Source: Octopus vulgaris
Taxonomy: Eukaryota
Assembly: GCA_951406725.2 (NCBI GenBank)
Contig: OX597817.1
Location: forward strand, 37,386,001-37,450,000
DNA: 64,000 nt
Direction of reading: 5' to 3'
Part shown: positions 57,131 to 64,000 of the stretch, one piece after another
How the letters are laid out: the number at the start of each line of letters is the position of its first letter
Numbering within the stretch: the stretch's first letter is position 1
Position numbers and translations under genes: made by a program
The notes under the pieces: generated by a model
Databases searched by the model: none
Seen by the model: only the letters and a program-made list of their open reading frames with translations
Told to the model about the DNA's origin: nothing

Positions 57131-58707
57131 TCCGTACATTTGAATATATTGAGGAGCCTCAATATGCATCAACACTCAGGAAAAGGATAAATGATAAATT
57201 GCATGATGGGTCTTGGTTACTGGGTTCAGACTGTGTTCTCGCTAACGCCACCGTAAACGCTACTTCATTTCTACAATGGAAAGATATACCACCAGCGTAG
57301 ACCAAAAGTTGCTTATATCTACTTTTAAAAGTATATGCAGTTACTCTACATTTGTTGAGGGCATGTAATACGACCTCTACAAAAGTCGACTAACAGTGTA
57401 TAGCTGCATTTTAATAAGCTGTTTTTCTTTACTTTCTTTAGCTAGTCTTACTCTACTCAGTATTATACCGAAGTAAATCAACGAAGGATATAACCCATAA
57501 CATTCAAACGATATCGACAAATTCCACCTACAAATCCTAGAGAACCATGGACTCTCTGAAATGTTTCGTCCGGCATCACCTCCCAACATGATTGCGTCTA
57601 TGTGTTTGGCTTAAACGATGGTGCTTTTAAGTTAAACACGGCCAGAGCTCATACTGTCCTGAAATTATATATGTCTGTGAGTGAGTACATGCACACGTGC
57701 GTATATATGAATGTACGCATGTGAGTTTGTGAATGGGTACAGGTTTGCTTACATGTGCATTATATAGATAAATACACACACACACGCATATATATATATA
57801 TATAAACTTTCATCATTAACTGATTGTGTGCATTCTATAGTCGATTAAAATCTACTACAATTATATTTATTTATTTCTGGGGGATTTTTTTCCATCTAAT
57901 TATTGTAAAAAAAAACGTTTGCAGCCAATAGCAGGTAAATTCGCTTTCTTAATCTGACAGGAGATTTTCAACAATTTCTCGCTTGCCTACTTAAAAAATC
58001 TTGGCAGCCAAGCAGCAGAATCAAAAGTAAGATCCCATACTTCAGTGATTTTATTGATGGCATCGAGAACGGCAATGAGAAAGATGGCGTTGACGATTGT
58101 GGTAGTGGTATTTGTGGTGATGGTGGTGGTCGGGGTCATCGTGATTTTGATGGTAATCGTGTGGTTGTTGATGATGATGATGATGATAATGGTGAGAATA
58201 TTAACACAGCCCACAAATTTTCACTGGAAAGCACAGTCGATTAAATTAATACCAATAATTGGTTGTCACTTTGTTAGTGATCCCGGACGGATATAACATT
58301 AAAGAAGAATTGATGGATTTGATAACAAAATTTGAAAGAAATTATGATAACATTGATAATCATAGTGATTTCTAATTTTGGCACAAGGCCTGAAATTTTA
58401 GTGGGTTCGTCGATTACATTGACTCCTGTTCGTAACTTGTGTTTTATTTCATCGATCCCGAAAGGAGGAAAAGTAAAGTTGCTCTCAGTAATAGGAGAAG
58501 TACCACATGGCATTTTGTGCAATGCACTAGCGATTTTACCAATCCTGGAGAAACTAGCAGTCCTGAAGAGAGGGTGGGTAGCCGACCCCATCGACTGCAG
58601 AACTTCACTGGCACTTTAACCTGGGGAGGGGGGGAGGGATGAAAGCAGGTTTTGAACACAGAGCATAAAGAACCAGAATAAACATCGCAATACATTTCCT
58701 CCAAAAT

Positions 58708-59097
58708 TTACTCTTTTCTCTTTTACTTGTTCCAGTCATTTGACTCTGACCATGCTGGAGCACCGCCTTTAGTCGAGCAAATCGACCCCAGGACTTATTC
58801 ATTGTAAGCCTAGTACTAATTCTATCGGTATCTTTTGCCGAACCGCTAAGTTACGGGGACGTAAACACACTAGCATCGCTTGTCAAGCGATGCTGGGGGG
58901 ACACAGACACACACATACACATATATATACATATATACGACGGGCTTCTTTCAGTTTCCGTCTACCAAATCCACTCACAAGGCTTTGGTTGGCCCGAGGC
59001 TATAGTAGAAGACACTTGCCCAAGGTGCCACGCAGTGGGACTGAGCCCGCAACCATGTGGTTCGTAAGCAAGCTACTTACCACACAACCACTCCTAC
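58708..59097 (-). mobile_element. SINE family A copy
   Basis: Full-length reverse-complement match. Confidence 0.9.
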
Positions 59098-59289
59098 GTT
59101 CAAATTTTATCTACTCGACCGATCCAGGGCCTCATGTTACAATATTTATTTAAACAATAGTATCAACATTCTTTTATAGGACATGTATCGCTAATTTAAT
59201 TGACCTGGCGCTGGAACTTTTATCAACCGAGCAAAGTTGCCCTTGGTGAGATTTGAACACAGAATTCTAAATGATGAAATGAAATATCA

Positions 59290-59643
59290 TTTACTCATTT
59301 ACTCATTTACTTGTTTCAGTCATCTGACTGCGGCCATGCTGGAGCACCGCCTTTTAATCGAGCAACTCGACCCCGGGACTTATTCCTTTGTAAGCCCAGT
59401 ACTTAATTTTATCGGTCTCTTTTGTCGATCCGCTAAGTAACGGGGACATAAACACACCAGCATCGGTTATCAAGCAATGCTAGGGGGACAAACACAGACA
59501 CACAAACGCACACACGCATATATATATTGGTCGGCCTGACGCTATAGTAGAAGGCACTTGCCCAAGGTGCCACGCTGTGGGACTGAACCCGGAACATGTG
59601 GTTGGTAAACAAGCTACTTACCACACAGCCACTCCTGCGCCTA
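59290..59643 (-). mobile_element. SINE family A copy
   Basis: Reverse-complement match with an internal deletion. Confidence 0.85.
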
Positions 59644-61173
59644 TCAGAGCATGTTTTTCCTCATACGCTCAAATTTCCACAGTCCTTTGAGCATTCTTTC
59701 AATTGACATCTTTTGAACTTGTATGCCTCTTCTTTTCTTCATATGTAGTCCCTCGCTGCAGTGGTTTCCAGCCTTGTTTGGGACAAAGCCGTTAAAAAAA
59801 AACTATTTACAACCAGGTCACTGAACAGAAATGTGTTTTGTTGTTGTTATTATTGCAAAAAGATATTTCCATGATACACTGGACCTATGTCTAGGATTTG
59901 CATCTTTCCTGGAACTGTGAAATTTCTTCACTTTTAACAGTAATAACAGTCTAAAAGCTTTATGTTACATTATCACACTCACCTATGTTTCTGTTTTCTG
60001 AAACTTCATTGTCATTTGTTAATATATGGGAGGTCAAAGGGAGCAAGCTGGTTGAATTGTTGGCATATCGGGAAAAGTGCTCAGCGACATTTTACCCTCC
60101 TTACGTTTTTAGTTGAAATTCCGCCGAGGTCGACTTAGCTTTTTCAACCTTTCGGGGCCGATAAAATAAGTATCAATTGAGTACGGTAGTCGACGTAATC
60201 GATTTACTCCGTTCCCCTGAAGTTGCTGGCCTTGTTCCAAAATTTGAAACTAATATATGGAAGGAAACAAACTTTCACAGTCTTGAACTCACGATTTATC
60301 ATTGAAGTTCTTTTTATTCTCTCATTTTAGACACCTGTAAACGTTTTACTAAACTGACTTAATTAATCACTGTTTGACAATCTTTAAATGTCACATTGTT
60401 TATGTCTCATATGACTCTCAAACCTTTATCTTTTCTGCCGTTAATCAATATTATTGTCTGTGAACATATATTTACTCTGATAATTCATATCGATCCACAC
60501 GCCGCAGTACTTACGACACGCGGAACAATACAAATATCACTATTCAGTATCAGAGTTCACAGAGTTTATCACAATTCATAGTTCACATTTCCAAGTTCAT
60601 ATGTAACTTAGTTCTGACATAACAGTTTTACAACTCTAAGTTTCTGTGGCACAGATTTTAACGTCGTAATAATGCATCACGATCTTTACACGACAACTTT
60701 CATATATCAGAGTCACACCGTCTTTGTCGAAAAGAACAGTTTTTATATGAATAATACACAATAAATTTGTGGCTAACACAGTCAACTTAGATATACAAAG
60801 CAGACATAATATAAAATATTGGTAACACACATAAGTTAGGCGTGTGATAAAAATTTAAAGAAGAAAATAAAGAGAATATTGAATTAGTGTTTGTTGTTTA
60901 ATTTTAGTTTGTCACTGATTGAGTAGAGCGTTGACAAAATGTTTCTGCCAGGATTAGCTGATTTACCCCATTTTTGCCTACCGTCTTCAAAGATGAAAGA
61001 CACTTAGCCTGATATATACAAAAAAAGATTATGGTACGATCTCAAGGGAATTTGACTGGTAATTGTAATAGACGGAACCTTGATGAAGGTTCAGGATTAG
61101 AGAAAGCGAGAGAGTGCAGAGAGACAGACAGAGAAAGTAATACATAGACAGGTCATTCACATTTGAACATATT

Positions 61174-61408
61174 TGTTTCTTCATTGCCCACGAGGGGCTA
61201 AACATAGAGGGGACAAACAAGGACAGACAAACGGATTAAGTCGATTACATCGACCCCAGTGCGTAACTGGTACTTAATTTATCGACCCCGAAAGGATGAA
61301 AGGCAAAGTCGACCTCGGCGGAATTTGAACTCAGAACGCAACGACAGACGCAATACCACCGCTAAGCATTTCGCCCGGTGTGCTAACGATTCTGCCAGCT
61401 CGCCGCCT
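61174..61408 (-). mobile_element. SINE family B with an 18-bp TSD
   Basis: TSD TTCACATTTGAACATATT at 61156-61173 and 61409-61426. Confidence 0.92.
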
Positions 61409-62000
61409 TTCACATTTGAACATATTAACACCTGTTTATGTCAAATAAGAAGCCAGCTTTTAGAGAATCGGCAGTGACTTCAATTCATAACAATTATATG
61501 TTGAAGACTATAAATGGAGATGAGTTCGTAAGTTGTTGGGAGGAAAACTATAACGTTTCAAAATTAACTTGAACCTGAGAGAGTTGACTAAGTTTCTCTC
61601 TCGAGCAAATATTCACTAGCGAAACATCAATATTCTTTTCTCTCTACGATGTACTAACCGATGCAAAACTTCACTTTTTATATGAACTTTGTTACTTATA
61701 GAATACTACAGTGAAGTATAAACTAACTATACTACAATGAAGTTTCCATTATGCCATGCATTAACTGTACGGCATTAAGGATTCTATTATACAACATATA
61801 ACTTTTTACGTGTCCACTATATCAAATATTAATTGTACCATGCTTGTTTCCACTATACCATACATTAACTGTACCACACTGAAGTTTCCATAATAGTATC
61901 TATTAAAGTTTCCACTATACCAAATATGAGGCTGAAGTTGTCCCTGGTTCATGTATTACACTGAATTTTCCACTGCCATAATCCCAACAGTTTTCAATTC

Positions 62001-62205
62001 ACTCTCTCTTTTACTCTTGTTTCAGTCATTTGACTGCAACCATGCTGGAGCACCACCTTTAGTCGAGCAAATCAGCCCCAGGACTTATTCTTTGTAAGCC
62101 TAGTACTTATTCTATCGGTCTCTTTTGCCGAACCGCTAAGTTACGGGGACGTAAACACACCACCATCGGTTGTCAAGCGATGTTGGGGGGACAAACACAC
62201 ACACA

Positions 62206-62287
<82 letters not shown>

Positions 62288-62453
62288 TACGACGGGCTTC
62301 TTTTAGTTTCCGTCTACCAAATCCACTTACAAGGCTTTGGTCAGCCCGAGACTATAGTAGAAGACACTTGCCCAAAGTGCCACGCAGCAGGACTGAACCC
62401 GGAACCATGTGGGTGGTAAGCAAGCTACTTACCACACAGCCACTCCTGCGCCT
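62001..62453 (-). mobile_element. SINE family A copy
   Basis: Full-length reverse-complement match with expanded (CA)n(TA)n. Confidence 0.9.
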
Positions 62454-62589
62454 ATTGTAGAAGATTTAGAAGCTTTCACAATACCGTACACATTGTACAA
62501 CCTGTAAAGCTTCCGATGCACATTTATATCCATTTATACCGCATATTACAACGGATTCTTGCTTTCACACGTGTTAAGTGTACCTTTTT

Positions 62590-62811
62590 GTTTACTACCC
62601 ACAAGGGGCTAAACACAGAGGGGACAAACAAGGACAGACAAACGGACTAAGTCGATTACATCGACCCCAGTGCGTAACTGGTACTTATTTAATCGACCCC
62701 GAAAGGATGAAAGGCAAAGTCGACCACGGCGGAATTTGCACTCAGAACGTAGCGGCAGACGAAATACCGCTTAGCATTTCGCCTGGCGTGCTAACGATTC
62801 TGTCAGCTCGC
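62590..62811 (-). mobile_element. SINE family B with a 16-bp TSD
   Basis: TSD CACGTGTTAAGTGTAC at 62568-62583 and 62812-62827. Confidence 0.9.
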
Positions 62812-63043
62812 CACGTGTTAAGTGTACTGCATTGCTATTAAGTCCAGGAGGTGTTATTAAGTTAGACATGGCCTGGGCCAATACTGGCCGAAACCTATCA
62901 AAGTATCAACGTATATATTAAGCATAAGTTTCCTCTATGCTATGCACTACAGTAACATTTTCCATTCTACCGTGTATTAATTGTTCTGCAAAGAAATCTA
63001 AAATATATCGTATATTAATGGCTTTTACTGTTTTGTTTTACAG

Positions 63044-63118
63044 TTTTTCGCGTTGCTCCTTTTAATGCTGATTGTCTTGATGATTGGAGGAATAATAGCG
63101 TACGTTTTTCGGGGAGAG
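63044..63118 (+). CDS. Tetraspanin exon (TM3); gene continues beyond the window
   Basis: Acceptor ttttgttttacAG, then 75 nt: FFALLLLMLIVLMIGGIIAYVFRGE, and a GTGAGT donor at 63119. A 75-nt phase-0 TM3 exon is typical of tetraspanin genes, and it continues the previous exon in frame. Confidence 0.93.
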
Positions 63119-63389
63119 GTGAGTACCAACACTTGAGAGTTTCTGCTTTTTTCACACGTTTATATACACAAAAATGTATTAATATATTTCAATAGAGAAA
63201 CACAGTCACATGCTTTCTTATTTGTCGCTCTAATTCTGTATTTATCTCTATCTATAGTTGTACTTTTTGTGCGTGAGTGTGTTTGTTTTATGCATAATTA
63301 TATATATATAATCGCAGCGTGGAAGGTGTTTGTAAGCCATTTAAGAAACACACAAAAGCCGTTCGATTCACTTCAACATTCAAGTTTAA

Positions 63390-63440
63390 TTTGTCAAAAT
63401 ATTTTCTTCGCTTTAAGACCGCGACCTGTTCACTGACAAA
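63390..63440 (-). ncRNA. Inverted second copy of the G3-C8 hammerhead-like motif (stem II closing C mutated to A)
   Basis: The reverse complement reads TTTGTCA-GTGAACA-G-GTCGC ggtcttaaa GCGAA-GAA-AATATT-T-TGACAAA. Confidence 0.5.
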
Positions 63441-63478
63441 AATCCGTACTGCATACTTTCTCAGATGCAGCACGGATT

Positions 63479-63529
63479 TTTGTCAGTGAACAGGTCGCGG
63501 TCTTAAAGCGACGAAAATATTTTGACAAA
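63479..63529 (+). ncRNA. Hammerhead-like motif with G3-C8 compensatory core variant
   Basis: TTTGTCA-GTGAACA-G-GTCGC(ggtcttaaa)GCGAC-GAA-AATATT-T-TGACAAA. It has a 7-bp stem I, a 5-bp stem II and a palindromic stem III. The core GUGAACA is CUGANGA with both C3>G and G8>C. Confidence 0.62.
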
Positions 63530-63677
63530 TTAAACTTAAATGTTGGAGTGAATCTAACAGCTTTTGTGAGTTTCTTAAATGGCTTACAAACACCTTCCAC
63601 ACTGCAATTATTTTCGTTTCAGCACACGATTTCAGATCAAATCACTTGCTATGCAAGTACATCTCCTATATATATAG

Positions 63678-63875
63678 TTAATCCAAACAAGAAAGCTAAA
63701 AAAAAACAACGCGAGGACGTGGAACAAATATAGTATTATTGAACGCTCAGGAAAGAAGGAAAGAAAGAGGGTTTAACGTTTCGAGCGGAGCTCTTCGTCG
63801 GAAACATAGAAGGAAAGATCCAGAGAAGGGAAGACAGAGGGGAAAAAATCGCCAACGGTACACACGCGGTCACAT
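63678..63875 (-). mobile_element. Short non-coding repeat carrying the U4C hammerhead (PLE-pLTR/retrozyme-like)
   Basis: About 200 bp between TA tracts. It shares the gaagagc..gctcgaaac...ttcctgagcgt layout with the 23781-23915 repeat. Confidence 0.55.
63771..63805 (-). ncRNA. Minimal hammerhead ribozyme motif, U4C core variant
   Basis: Reverse complement: GTTT-CCGACGA-A-GAGC(tcc)GCTC-GAAA-CG-TT-AAAC. Stem I is GUUU/AAAC and stem III is the palindrome AACGUU. Confidence 0.65.
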
Positions 63876-63877
63876 TT

Positions 63878-63930
<53 letters not shown>

Positions 63931-64000
63931 TATTTATTACTATCGTACAGTTTACAATTTTGTTTATAAATTCCGTTTCCTAAGCATATTTCGGTAGTTA

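Larger units (their letters stand above)
63309..63667. mobile_element. PLE-pLTR-like element in inverted arrangement (about 146-bp arms, 10-nt loop, unpaired 3' tail)
   Basis: 63309-63454 is the near-perfect reverse complement of 63465-63610. Each arm holds an HHR-like motif, and the element is flanked by TA tracts. Confidence 0.75.

Noticed and set aside
62870-62905. GGCC-aatact-GGCC-GAAA hairpin upstream of exon 3, resembling HHR stem II
   Set aside because: There is no CUGANGA-like box or stem I in the right position.

Overview
AT-rich eukaryotic genomic DNA, full of microsatellites and SINEs. The repeat families look like those of an octopod cephalopod; this is inferred from repeat recognition, not proven. 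The only host gene I can support is a + strand tetraspanin that the ORF track misses. It has three phase-0 coding exons (12639-12704, 31618-31812, 63044-63118) that splice to MGLTRCGNFLKYSMFIFNFLIL-ICGCVLLGIGIYTRANDTPACITSLGSNLFLPVAFMLITLGSIVIILSFLGCCGAIKEVRCMLAT-FFALLLLMLIVLMIGGIIAYVFRGE, with introns of about 18.9 and 31.2 kb. The gene continues beyond the window. The rest is intronic or upstream DNA: at least four tRNA-derived SINE families, decayed RTE, CR1-like and Penelope-like (PLE) retroelements, hAT and mariner remnants, Helentron/Helitron pieces, several long foldback elements and a 2-kb (TA)n tract. The most interesting signal is a set of type I hammerhead ribozyme (HHR) motifs in several unrelated short PLE-like repeats. 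One (35887-36008) is canonical, lies on the sense strand of the intron and has a 93-nt stem II. One (63479-63529) has the C3-G8 core pair swapped to G3-C8 and sits inside a 300-bp hairpin next to exon 3. One is a U4C variant. One family links a PLE endonuclease tail, a tRNA-like Pol III cassette and an HHR. Nearly all ORF-track ORFs are repeat artefacts.
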